A DNA stretch of 57,371 nucleotides, filler included, from Dugesia japonica (taxonomy: Eukaryota): NCBI GenBank assembly GCA_001938525.1. It is 5 parts of 5 records of this genome, joined end to end, with 100 filler letters (N's around TTAATTAATTAA, not from the genome) between each part and the next. Parts side by side here need not be neighbours in the genome. Positions count along the whole stretch, not along the records: positions 13,233 to 24,965 come from MQRL01549207.1; positions 25,066 to 39,612 come from MQRL01594576.1; 3 more parts are not named here. One strand, given 5' to 3'. Below the pieces are notes generated by a model that saw only the letters and a program-made list of their open reading frames with translations, made no database searches and was not told the origin of the DNA. This document shows positions 13,233 through 25,395 of this stretch, in pieces. A program made the position numbers and the translations under genes. Each line of letters opens with the position of its first letter. Positions within the stretch are counted from its first letter, which is position 1.

Positions 13233-13440
13233 ATATATATATATCAAATCTCAACCTATGATTTCATTTATCATAGTTTAAATTTTGATATAATAATTTC
13301 CATTTCTTATTTTTACATACGATGGAATATTAATTATCTCTCGAAGAGCTTACGATGCGAATTATGTGACACAAACATTAATACATATATAAATTTAAAT
13401 ACGTATATTATTTAAATTAATTAGTTAATTATATCTATAA

Positions 13441-14070
13441 TATCCCCCCTTCTTTAAAACCTTTGAGCCATTCAACATTTCTTATAAATTTTCTTCCCTT
13501 TATATCTGTAATTTCATANNNNNNNNNNNNNNNNNNNNNNNNNNNNNNNNNNNNNNNNNNNNNNNNNNNNNNNNNNNNNNNNNNNNNNNNNNNNNNNNNN
13601 NNNNNNNNNNNNNNNNNNNNNNNNNNNNNNNNNNNNNNNNNNNNNNNNNNNNNNNNNNNNNNNNNNNNNNNNNNNNNNNNNNNNNNNNNNNNNNNNNNNN
13701 NNNNNNNNNNGCTTTTTATCCGTTTTATGCCATTCTGTTATGTTTATTTTAAAACCAAAAACAACTTTGGCAGGACTCTTTTTATTTGTTTTTTGAGTTG
13801 AAGCATTCATGGAAAATTCAATTTCCGGAATCAAATCTGCCCAATTTTTGTTCTCATTATTCGTTACGGAAGTATTTATACGATCTTTAATGGTTCTAAA
13901 TTGTCGTTTTATTAATCCATTAGCGCTTTGGTGATATGGACTAGAATAAACTACTTGTATCTTATATTTATCAGCCCATTCTTTCATCATCTTTGATTCA
14001 AAACTTTTCCCGCTATCTAAATGTATTTTACGAGGTGCACCATATTTTAGAATCTATTTCTTAACCAAAG
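13441..14070 (-). mobile_element. Ty3/Gypsy integrase C-terminal half plus polypurine tract
   Basis: ILKYGAPRKIHLDSGKSFES..SSPYHQSANGLIKRQFRTIKD..WADLIPEIEFSMN..SPAKVVFG (ORF 13514-13990); PPT AAAGAAGGGGGGA at ~13443-13455. Confidence 0.9.
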
Positions 14071-14071
14071 T

Positions 14072-14496
14072 ATAAACTCTTTATTCAAAAATAATCTAGT
14101 TACCAAATATTTTACAGTTTTTAAATAAACATCGATCTTTTCATTTCCACATTTGTAGTTAATGAAATGTTGAAAATCTTTGACATCTTTCTATTATGAC
14201 AACCGTAAACGAACCTGAAACTCGTCAATCTTTTCAACGTCTTGGTACATTCTTCCAGTACATCGTCGTCTAACAAATACGAAATTATTTTTTTATATTG
14301 TTTGTTCTGTGAAATGCGTTTCGCATCAAAATATAATTCACAACGCTTTATGAAATTTTCGACGTCATCACTCCTACAGAATAAATTTGGTAATAATCAT
14401 TTTTGTAATTGCACTGGTATTTACCACTAACACGATGTTAGGAAAATCATTCAAACACAATTTATTTTCAATATTCAAACTTTTAATTTCAGACAT
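14072..14496 (-). mobile_element. gag: Gypsy LTR 3' end plus 5' gag fragment
   Basis: Near-identical inverted copy of 16285-16710. Reads MSEIKSLNIENKLCLNDFPNIVLVVNT..DDVENFIKRCELYFD; homologous to the gag at 53591-54287. Confidence 0.85.
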
Positions 14497-15180
14497 TTAT
14501 TAAAATAATTTTATTTATTTTTTACAATAAAATATTCTAAGTAGAATTGTTCTAAAAAATATTTCATTCAGTTTTTATTGTTTAATATTTTTACAATTAA
14601 TTTTTCTTCAATTGTAAAATTTCTTTTTATAAAAATTAATTTTACATAGGCTCCATTTTTTCAAACTACCCCATTCGAAAAATACGCTAATTTATCTTGT
14701 TATAGATATTTTCAAATAATGTTTTAAAATTGTTTCAAGATGTTTTATATTATTAAATAAATTTCAATTTATTTTATTATCAAGTTTCGAAAGTTTTAAT
14801 GAGCGAATTCGATTTTCAACAATTAGTGTAATATAGAAAACCAAAATAATCTTTGAATTGAAAATAATTTACGGACGTACAAGATTTGAACTTTGAAGAA
14901 ATTAAAAGAAAAAACTTTCAAAATTTTTATTTTATTTTAATTTTTCAAAAACTTTTAATAATGGATTAAAATTCTAAATTTCCATTATTAGTAATTTAAT
15001 TAATATTATCCACCTCTTAATCGTACAATGCAAATTATTAAATTCTATATTGGTTATTATGTGATATTTTGCATGTTTGTAGAATTTCTTTTGTTTTCGA
15101 ATTTTTTACGTTTCTTTTTGTATCAATAAATATTATTATTATTATACGGTTTATTTAAATGGAGATAATATATTATTTAG

Positions 15181-15324
15181 ATTTATCAAAACGTTAAAAA
15201 CAGAGGAGAGCTGACATTTGATTATTTATGCTTCCTGGTGACTGCTGCTGGTATAGCAACCTTATCACTGTCTACTAACAACTATGCAGGAATTGTAGCG
15301 AGCATGCTTCTTTCTCCACTTATG
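15181..15324 (+). CDS. DUF389-like membrane protein, internal exon (phase 0-0, 144 nt)
   Basis: ttatttAG|IYQNVKNRGELTFDYLCFLVTAAGIATLSLSTNNYAGIVASMLLSPLM|GTattt; LTFD..ASMLxSPLM is the DUF389-family pattern. Confidence 0.85.
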
Positions 15325-16277
15325 GTATTTATTTGTTCTATTTGTAGAATGATTGAATATTTTATTACATTTATTTTATAAAAAATACTTAAGAAAAATG
15401 ATAAGCTTTTGTTAATCTTTATAATATGTAGTGCATTAATGATCTTAAATTTATTAGCTATATTTAATATGCAGTGAGTAGTTGAATTAATATTAAAATT
15501 ATTGATTTTCTGTGTATTTTCTATCTGTTGTTATTTATTACGCCTATTGTAAATGAATATATTTTACTTTATTGTACATAAATTAGAAATAAATCTGTAA
15601 AAAAATATTTTGATGTTCGTCATTGTTTCTATAAATAAACTTTAACTACAATAATATAGTTTTTATATAATTTTTCAGATTTAAAATACAAATTAAATAG
15701 TTTTGGATTTTATTCTTAATTTTTATCAAAATATCTGAACTCGAATGATTTCAATATTTTTTTCTCGATATTGAAAAAATTTTAGTATCAACTAATAATT
15801 CCATTTCTTGATTTCAAACATTGTTAATATTAAATGATTTCTAAATACATTATTCATTTTATACATTTTTTTCATTAAATACATTTTTATGTCAGATGAA
15901 AATTTTAAAAGCTATTTTAACATTTAATATTTATTCAGAATATCATTTTTTGTTTATTTAAAAAGTTTTATAACACTGCGACAGTGGCAGTCATAATATT
16001 TATTAGGCTTGATTCAAGTATTAGTTGTGGTTACCCTTGTATTTTTATGTTATGGCTTTATTTTTTTTCAATAATAAATGTTTTTTTGTCTATGTTACTA
16101 TTCAAATTATGTTATATTATACTGCTAGAATAATGTATATTATATAACTAGGAAAAAATTAAAAAAGAAATGATTGAATAAAATTTTAACCAATAAAAAT
16201 TGGTAAAAATAATTTTAATTTCGAGAAATATTTCTTTTTGATTATATTTTATTATAAATTTATCCTTCAGTTATGAG

Positions 16278-17110
16278 AATAAAAATGTCTCAAATTATTA
16301 GTTCAGATATTGAAAATAAATTGCGTTAGAATGATTTTCCTAACATCGTGTTAGTGGTAAAAACCGGTGCAATTACAAAAAGATTATTACCAAATTTATT
16401 CTGTAGGAGTGATGACGTCGAAAATTTCATAAAGCGTTGTGAATTATATTTTGATGCGAAACGCATTTCACAGAACAAACAATATAAAAAAATAATTTCG
16501 TATTTGTTAGACGACGATGTACTGGAAGAATGTACCAAGACGTTGAAAAGATTGACGAGTTTCAGGTTCGTTTACGGTTGTCATAATAGAAAGATGTCAA
16601 AGATTTTCAACATTTCATTAACTACAAATGTGGAAATGAAAAGATCGATGTTTATTTAAAAACTGTAAAATATTTGGTAACTAGATTATTTTCAAAAAAA
16701 GAGTTTATAGAGAAAAAAATGATAGCAAAGGTATTAAGTATTTTGTGCGGATAATAAAAATTGAAAAAGAGATGACTTTGCAGAAACTACAGAATATAGC
16801 AGATTTTGAAGTAACATTGACGTTAGTAAATCGCATAGATGAAAGAAGAGGTCAAGTTAATCCAGTTAGAAGTTACATCAGAATTACAAATCTAGATTAT
16901 CGGAGACTGGTAAATCATACAGTGGATCAAAGGAAAGGGAAACGAAATATCAAAGGCTGATAATGTCATAATGTTGATCATACTAAATGGAATTGTCCAA
17001 CAAAAGAAATATAATTGAGACTATGCAATAATCTAAGTCAGGATGAAACCCGAATCAAAGATAGACATCCAAGCAATATGGCACAGATATGGGTAACCGG
17101 CACTCATTTT
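16278..17110 (+). mobile_element. gag: Gypsy LTR 3' end plus degraded gag
   Basis: MSQIISSDIENK..FPNIVLVVKT..RLLPNLFCRSDDVENFIKRCELYF, then VRSYIRITN..VNHTVD and a decayed CCHC knuckle (CHNVDHTKWNCP); colinear with the gag at 53380-54287. Confidence 0.85.
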
Positions 17111-17459
17111 GAGATAAAGGTTATGAGTACTCGATTGAATTTAGATAAGTATCTAAAAATTCTTTTCTATTAATATACCATTTAATTTTCAAAATGAGAT
17201 TAGTAAAATTCAATATGATGTTATTAAATTTCAATAAGAGAATTTTTTTATTTATTCTAACCATTAAAATTTATCATAAAATAAAATTTATAAAATTAAT
17301 CAAAAAGAATAAAATTTACTCAAGAGAATTTTTATTTTGATTTAAAACAATTAATTTAATATTACCTATTTTACATTGAATTCGTTTATATTGCATATTT
17401 TCTAAGTTAAGAGCTGCAGTGAATTTTCTTTGAATACTTGCGATGGAATTGACACATGG

Positions 17460-19140
17460 TTAGTGTAATTGTCTGCAGACCTTCTTTCATAAGGCTTTAT
17501 AATGCTCTTACTCTCTGTTCTTTGATGGTTAATTTGCATTTGTTATTAAGAATATTTGACAACTTTTTTGAGAGTTCTCTTTTAATATAACTCTTTACAG
17601 CAGTCCAGGCAACGACAGACCAGAACTACAGGCAAAGTTTGACAAAAATCGCCACCAAAAATAAGCATCTTGCAAACGAATTGCTCAAATGCCACCCGAT
17701 CGTTCTGCATTTTCTCGTGAAGTAAAAGATCGTTTCATCACGTAAAACTGAAGAATCAGTTGATTCCAAACACATCGACAAAATGGAAGTGTCCAGAAGA
17801 AGTACGATGAGATTGGAACCACTATTAACTTTTCAGCCTTCGTTCGAAAGTTTAGCTGCAATGCCGGTTGTCGCATATGGAAGTGAAGTTTGATCACAAA
17901 AGTGTCATATACATGGAGGTTTTGCGTAATCCACCTGGTCTGTTGAAATAGACAGGCAGCAGCAAGCTGATTGATCGGCAAAATTGAGAGCATGTCAAAT
18001 AGTGTCGAAAGCTTGTCTCTGTCTGTCTTTTAGTCTATCGATGTTGATTTGCGCAATGTATGTCTCCTGTACAATGTCCGTGAAGAGTGGGATGAACAGA
18101 AATTGTGCAACTCAAACCATGCTATTGAAAATACTCTCGATTTGAAGCCATTTCATCTGGCATTGATAGCGAAAATTCGAGGGTAAAGTCATCTTTGAAC
18201 AGTATCCACAGATTGATATGACTCGCAAGGTAACCAAAGCAGAGAATGAAAGCAAAAGTGTCATGGAGCTCTCGTAGCATTTGTTTCCTCTAAACAGCGA
18301 ACCCACTCTCAATCAGATTCCATCAGACCATGTGCTATGGCAGCAGCCTTCGATGTCGGATAAACTGTGACTTAGTGTGGGCGCAAATTGGTAAAGTTAC
18401 TTTAACCACGAACATGTAAAAGCAAATTGCGTAAATAAAATAGGTTTTCATTTCAGGAGCTCACAGAATACATCCATGGGATCTTACTTGCACCTCGCTG
18501 GCGACGCTGTCACTTGTTGGGCACGTAAGCAAATTATAGAGACAACTCAATGTAGAGTAATTAACGGGCATTGGTATCGGACTCGTTGAGTTTGGAGAAG
18601 AATTCGAGCTTAGTGAACTTGGTTTGAGCAGGTAAAGTTGCCTGTTCTATATTTCCTTTCTCAAAGTAAATTCGCTGTTGAATGGGCAAATTCACAGAAA
18701 GGAGCAGGAAATTGTGAAATTCATCATGGATTTTTCACTGACGCAAACATCAGACATCATCAAGAGCAATCACAAAACGGCAGTTAAGGAAATTAGTGAT
18801 TTCTTCTTATTTAAGCAGCTGGTTTCCGTAACTGCGATGTTTGCACAGTCGAAGCCTTTAAAAATGTACTTTTAAATGTACTTGATGGCTGACAAAGATG
18901 TGCACACCTTGACGTTGATTTGCATGTTGTACTGCAGCTATAGATAAGAGCTGTACGATATGACAGAACGGTTGTTTATCCATACACTTCAAAATAAAGC
19001 TCCTTCACTTCGGTGACGTCTGTACACTGGATAGCCGCTGACATTTGGAATCGTCACTTCGGTGAAGTCTTTCGGGAATTTCTTTTCGCAAATACCATTT
19101 TTATGCATGGAGAGTGAAGATTATGGACGCAGCATGGTTT
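17460..19140 (-). pseudogene. Helitron RepHel (Rep + PIF1-like helicase), internally deleted
   Basis: Rep-side motifs PCCVHNLHSPC..GICEKKFPKDF..GYPVYRR and INNRSVISYSSYL*LQYNMQINVKVC..IKY..KYIFKGFD; helicase motifs YATTGIAAKL and GGDFCQTLPVV. Lies in an intron of the DUF389 gene. Confidence 0.9.
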
Positions 19141-19405
19141 TAATGTCTCATTTTCTTAATTATCTACTTTGATAAATTTTTTTTGTTCTTTTTTAAAATA
19201 ACTTTCATTGAAAGTATTAAAATTTTCATTTAAAATTTTAAAATTATTATCATAAAATTGACCATTTCTGAATAATTTTTCTGGTCATTTTCTTTTTTTT
19301 CATATAGTTATAAGAGCAAAAGACAATGCTGATTATTTTAAAATTAACCTTTGATATAATATTTAGGCTTTTTTAAATGTAGCTTACTCGTTTTTTTAAA
19401 TTTAG

Positions 19406-19511
19406 AATCCTATCTTAGCCATTCTTTTTGGAATTATATTACATCAAAAAGGCCTTATCAAGGAAGGATTGCGAAATTTATTAATATCAGTAACGATTCT
19501 TATATTTATTG
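19406..19511 (+). CDS. DUF389-like protein exon (phase 0-1)
   Basis: tttAG|NPILAILFGIILHQKGLIKEGLRNLLISVTILIFI-G|GTattt; continues ..SPLM|NPI in frame (cf. SPLMGPI). Confidence 0.85.
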
Positions 19512-19555
19512 GTATTTATTGTTTATGACAATTAATTATTTTAAAAAAAATTCAG

Positions 19556-19634
19556 GGTTCTTGTTTGGCATGATTTGTCACTATATTAATTATTTAGAAA
19601 AAATAGTTTATCCGACTAATTTGATGATGGACAG
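19556..19634 (+). CDS. DUF389-like protein exon (phase 1-2)
   Basis: After a 44-nt GT-AG intron: (G)FLFGMICHYINYLEKIVYPTNLMMD(R)|GTaaac (cf. GFLFG..PTxEMxxR). Downstream exons were not found. Confidence 0.85.
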
Positions 19635-20389
19635 GTAAACAACATTTTATTTTGAATAAATAAGTTATACATTATGGGCACTCTTTATAATAGGGATGAT
19701 TAATCTTTATGGGTCATTAGGCCACTGTCAAAAATTTTTTTAAATGTGTCGCATAGACCAAAAGATAAAATAAACTTTTTAAAATAAAATAATTTTAATA
19801 AATTGAACAATTCATTTTATTCCAAATTAAAATTTAATAAGACTTCTTCTGTTGTATAATTTTTGAGAATTCATTTAAATCGAGATCTTAGAATGTTTTG
19901 AATAGTATCATCTTTGTCTTGTATTATCATTATCGTCTAGTATTTTGATTAAATAATATTTATTTTTGAAAACGTTTGCTAGCATAAATGTGTACTTCCA
20001 AAAATGAAAATAATTTATTTTGTTAAGTTTAAGTTATAAATTTATTTTCTGATAAACGTGAATAAAATAATATCAAATCATTTTCATCTAAATTGGATGC
20101 TTTTAAATCAAATAATTTCAACTTTGAATAACCAAGTGCTTGTGCTGAATTATATTTTAAGGGATTTTCGAATATTTGTATATTATTTTCTTCGGCAAAG
20201 AAATTTTGAAATTTAATACAAGAATTATCCTTCCATAATTTAAGAAACTCTAGAAAAACGAAGACCTTCATTTTTGACTAAAACCGATTTGCAAGATAAA
20301 TTGGTGACCATATAAGTAATAATGGAATTCCTTAATCGCGTAAACAATTGTATATAGTTCTTTTTCTATCTTTGACCATCTCAGCTGTG

Positions 20390-22100
20390 ACTCAGTTAAC
20401 TTCTTTGTACGAAAAGTTTACATTTTCCAAAGTTTCAATATGCTCTTGGTTTGTATGTGAATAGACTATAATATTATCTATAAAAGCAACAGTATTAGTA
20501 ATATTTTTAAATAGACTTTCCATTATTCTTTGATAAGCTGCTGTGACATTTTTAAATCCAAATGACATTCTTTTAAATTGATAAATATTGAAAAGAGTAA
20601 TAAATGCACTTTTAGATCTGTCCCGGAGTATTATTTGCACCTGATAATAGATCAATTATCAGGTAGATCAATTATTTTACAATTGCAATTATTGCGAGAA
20701 TAATTGTTGGAGAATAATTGATCATTTTTCAGAATTCATTTATCGTTAATTTAATTTTACTAATATATTTTGAATTTTCTAACGAATCGATAATTTTCTC
20801 GATCTCTGGCATCAAATATCAGTCAGAAAGTGTCTTTTCATTAAGTCACCGATAATTTTGTACTAATCTTAGTGTTCCATTTTTTTGGAACGAATAAGGT
20901 AGGACTGGCATACGGACTTGGTGATTCTTCAATTATATCTTCCTTAAGTAACATCGCGATTTCATTCTTCATTGTATCTCGAAGCGAATGTGTGACTTCA
21001 TAGGGCTTGAGAGCTATTTGCTAATTATCAGTCAATTGAATAATGAATTCCGCTGACCTTGTCAAACCTGGTTTGGACGAAAAAACGTCTTCGTAAAGTT
21101 CTATTAGTTTTTTACACGTTTGAAATAATTTATCTGACAATTCTTCATTGCTTTGGACGGTTTTCCAATATGTTATTTGGATTCAGATTCTAGAACTGAT
21201 TGTACGATGATTTCTTGCTGATTTATCCATAGGCTCAGTAGATTGACATGAAATGTTCTATATCTTTTCTTTGTTCGTCCTGTAACAACTGTATAGTTAA
21301 CGTCTCCAATTTTTTCTACAATTTTATAGGGACTTTGTCATTCTGACACAATTTTATTAGCAGATATCCGTAATAAAACTAAACCTTAATCCCCTAGAAC
21401 AAATTGTCTATTTCTTGATTTTTTATCATACCATTTTTTCTTTTTTAATTTTTAAAATTTTTCTTCCTGTAACTTTATTTCTGTAAATTGCATTAATTTA
21501 TCTTGGGGAAGTTCTGATGTGTTTGATGCCAAGAAAATTATATAATCGAATCATTATTGAGCTTAAAAAGTTTGTTCCCTGATCAGTAAGATTCTTTGTT
21601 GGTATACCTACCTTACAGAAATATTTCTCTAATGAAATATTAATGAAATATTTCTCTAGCCACTGTTTCTGCTCGCATATTTGGAACCAGTATAGCTTCT
21701 GGATATCTAGTTGCATGATCAATTATAACGATTATAAACCTGTTTTTACTGTTTGATAAATTTAATGGTCCAATCATATTGATTCCAACTTGGAAAAATT
21801 GTTCACCAATAGTTGGTGTCGTAACAACAGGAGCTCTGTTAGCAGCTAGCATTCTGTTACCTTTTTGGCATTAATAGCAACCTTTACACTATTCCTGGCT
21901 AATTGAAGAACTTATCAATTTCTTTTTAAGTTGTATTTACTCCTGCGGTACGTACATCTTGAGCTAATTCAAGAATTGTTCTTCGATACTTTTGAGGAAC
22001 AAAAATTAGTTTTTCAGACGTCACAGAATTTTTAAACATCAAAATTCCATTTTCTAAGAAATACTTTTCATGTTGTTACAATGGCTCCAATTCTTTGTGC
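20390..22100 (-). mobile_element. pol: Gmr1-like Ty3/Gypsy pol fragment with integrase upstream of RT
   Basis: Minus strand order: integrase (C..CQK, GINMIGPL, IDHATRYPEA, GIP..LTDQGTNF), GPY/F-like tail (QSPYKIVEKIGDVNY..FHVNLL), then RT (DVFSSKPGLT, IIEESPSPYASP..VPKKNG, YYQV..KSAF..YQFKRMSFG..AFIDNIIVYS). Confidence 0.85.
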
Positions 22101-22119
22101 AATAACGATTTGAATCTGA

Positions 22120-22450
22120 ACTGTGGGAAGAAATCAGTTAATAAATAAACGTCCAACTTCAAATAAACCATTATTTAGTCCAGAAGGGTCTTGCAATGGG
22201 TTATTCTCTATATTTCCATTGCTTTTTCATACTCTTGCTCGTTAATTTCATCCCATCTCGGTAGCATATCAGTAGTTTCAACCAGAACTTGCCAATTGGT
22301 TGGATATTTGCATGGGAATATCCTCTTTGACGATCTAATTATTTTATCTTTAAACTCCTTTAACGTCAAAGGTGTCTCTTTTAAGTATTTTATTGCTGAA
22401 TCAAGTGATGAGTTTATAAATTGATTAGAATTTATAAACTTGATAGTCAA
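22120..22450 (-). pseudogene. Polinton pPolB internal (ExoIII) fragment
   Basis: FINSNQFINSSLD..SKRIFPCKY..LVETTDMLP..EQEYEKAMEI..YLKLDVYLLTDFF (cf. FxDS..SL..RKGVFPYEY..ETxLP..Y..A..YLKxDVLLLAD). Confidence 0.8.
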
Positions 22451-22659
22451 TAATTTAGTTTAATGCACTATTAAGCAAAATAAATTTTCCGTTGTTGTTA
22501 CAATTTCAAGATATGATGCAAATCATATCCTCTTAAATTTAGAAATACAACAGAAATTTGCATTTTCATACTTTTGCTAAAATAATATAATATAAGAACA
22601 CTCAGAGAATATAATAATACTTACTTCCTAACAATTGATTCGAGTATACATCACATTGT

Positions 22660-23290
22660 TTACACTAATCTTGTTTTGTTTGCATTAATTTGAATTTCCT
22701 TTTCAAATACCCCATAAATGATAAATTGGAGTATTCATACTGATGATGTTATAGATTTAGCAAACTTGATGTTCAATCTCAAATTTCTTTGTTGAGGTAA
22801 TTGACTCCGATTAAAATCGAAATCCGGAGCAAGAACTAATGTAAAACATGGATATTTAGTTTTAAATTCCTCAAGTGTTATTCCACAATTCAGATTCTTA
22901 TTCAAATAACCCATATTTCGACCAGTAGATTGCACATATGATGTGTTATAATTATTTTGTTCAAAGTCTTGATTATATATTTCATGATAATCAGTGTTTT
23001 TTGCAAAGAAAACGGAAGTAGCATTAAGATGTTGAAATGTTGAACAGGAACTTTTTTAAATATCATTAAATTGATCTCTATTTTGAAAGGCAACTAGAAT
23101 ATAATTAGGTAAACGTCGATCACCAAAGATTTGTTACTTATAAAACGATGAACAATCTTTACTAATTGCAAATGCAAGAATTTCCTTGGTTCTTATTGAA
23201 TAAACTGCATTTTACTTTTTTAATCTCAACTGATTACCCGCCGACACTGAATGCTCAACATGAACACGTGACCATTAATTTTGCATCAAG
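22660..23290 (-). pseudogene. Polinton/adintovirus major capsid protein, C-terminal half (degraded)
   Basis: DAKL..RVHV..NAVYSI..IFGDRRLPNYILVAF..FQH, then CGITLEEFKTKYPCFTLVLAPD..QRNLRLNIKFAK..IIYGVFEKEIQINAN (cf. GI..EF..GY.LF.FDLTPD..GNLRLE.KF..IVY.EF...IEID). Confidence 0.75.
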
Positions 23291-23409
23291 TAATATATAG
23301 GTAGGTTCGTTGAATTCATTGAAAACGCATTTTAAAATGAACCAAATTCAACAGATGCTTGTGGAAATGGACGATCAAAGATACATAATTCAGTTTTATC
23401 ATTCGATAT

Positions 23410-23618
23410 ATCGTTCTGTGTCATGAAACTGATTTTTGATTTACTATACACTGGAAATGGAGAATATACAAAGATGAAATCTAACAATACTACTTCCTAC
23501 TTACCATCTAAATACATCAGGTGTTGAAGCTCAACAATGAATTTACTAGCTGTATTTTCCGGATGAATAAGCGGACAACTATTAGTGGGTAACATTGTTT
23601 AGAAATGATTTCATTTCA
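23410..23618 (-). pseudogene. Polinton/adintovirus minor capsid (penton) N-terminus
   Basis: MLPTNSCPLIHPENTASKFIVELQHLMYLDGK*EVVLLD (cf. LPSNS....P.NT.S.F...L...I.L.G.WEV.L.E). Confidence 0.75.
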
Positions 23619-23775
23619 TCTGATTTTTTTTCTTCTTGATTTAACTATCTGTGACGATAATATTCAACTAAGTTTTTTATATTTATGACACTTTACATAG
23701 TATTGTTTATTCTCACCACTTTATTACTTTATTTACTTTGATTTGATGATTATTTTCTATTCTATATATTTTAAG

Positions 23776-24840
23776 TATGGTTCGCAATTTACCGTCAAAT
23801 TTCAATAACCGGTAAATAATTTTATCCTTTACCGGTAAATGAAAAAAAATAGTCATTGATAAATCATTAAAGTATAACTGACAGTTATTAACTGTACGTA
23901 GCTATTTTTTTTAAAAACGTTTTCTAGATTGAAACATAAATAATTTAAAATATATTTAAGGGGAGTAATAATGCCATAAAAGCTACCTATACGGTTGAAA
24001 TGTACATTTTGTTTAATTGAGAAATGGGAAATCTGATAATTTATTATTTGCTACATCCTGTTTGGATTATTAAAATTACGACTGTGTATTATTTGATATA
24101 CGTGCTGTAAGATGTTTTCACGGTTAACTATTAGTTTACCCATTAACTTATTGATGTGTGTACATATTAAATACACACTTGATATCCACCAATATAGATT
24201 AAAAGAAAATAAAAAAAATAATGGATTCAAAATTTTATTTTAAATATTTATATTTATAGATATAATGATTTTTCAGAGTTAAAATATGCCCTCAAGAAAA
24301 AAATTATATCAATACTTTCTTCTTTTAAATTTGATCTGAATTTGGTACATATTTTTCCCGCAGATGAAAATGATCGTTCTGATTCAATACTAGTTGGTCG
24401 GTCAATCATTAGATGGCGCAATGCGATGTTCAAATATTTACCACGATTTTTTTCTACTTCCAAATATAAAATTTCTCTCTGAATAACATTGTTTGTATCA
24501 TTTTTCTGTATCATTATGTCATCNNNNNNNNNNNNNNNNNNNNNNNNNNNNNNNNNNNNNNNNNNNNNNNNNNATTTTTCCCGCAGATGAAAATGATCGT
24601 TCTGATTCAATACTAGTTGGTCGGTCAATCATTAGATGGCGCAATGCAATGTTCAAATATTTGTCACGATTTTTTTCTACTTCCAAATATAAAATTTCTC
24701 TCTGAATAACATTGTTTGTATCATTTTTCTGTATCCTTATGTCATCAATTTTTATACTTTTGCTATTTATTCCTAATTTGAGCTTTTCTTTCAGTGTTAA
24801 TTTTTTTCCTATTTCATTTTTTCCATGTCTTTCTGTTTAA
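23776..24840 (-). mobile_element. hAT transposon 3' part (dimerisation domain plus terminus)
   Basis: RGKYLNIALRHLMIDRPTSIESERSFSSAGKICTKFRSNL..LRAYF; subterminal (t)accggt motifs and a TIR-like tatggttcgcaat at ~23776. A ~170-bp segment is duplicated across the gap. Confidence 0.85.
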
Positions 24841-25065
24841 AAATTTTTGCAATTCTCATTCTTTAAAAAATCATGCTTAATAATATATATATATATAATT
24901 TGTGGGGAGAAAATTAATAAATAAACAATTTGAATTTCTCATCGTTGTAAGTTGTATAACTCAGTNNNNNNNNNNNNNNNNNNNNNNNNNNNNNNNNNNN
25001 NNNNNNNNNTTAATTAATTAANNNNNNNNNNNNNNNNNNNNNNNNNNNNNNNNNNNNNNNNNNNN

Positions 25066-25111
<46 letters not shown>

Positions 25112-25139
25112 TATAATAATAAAAATAATAATAATAATA
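25066..25139. repeat. (TAA)n microsatellite
   Basis: Direct reading. Confidence 0.95.
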
Positions 25140-25395
25140 TGCTAATATGATTATATGCTAACGATAATGAAAATAAAAAATCAAATACTTCGAAATATAT
25201 TATCGAATTAGGAATATAACTGAATTTTATAGGTAATTTCCATAATTAATTACTTAATAAATATTAATTAATTTATAATTTTTTTTATCGGTTTTAAGAA
25301 AAAATCAAATTTGATGTAAAATTTGAAATCGCATAAACAATATTAAATAGAATATCGTGTGAAACTAATTTATTAATGATCTTAAAGTTATTATA

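Noticed and set aside
24350-24745. Duplicated hAT dimerisation segment
   Set aside because: Straddles a 50-N gap, the same artefact pattern.
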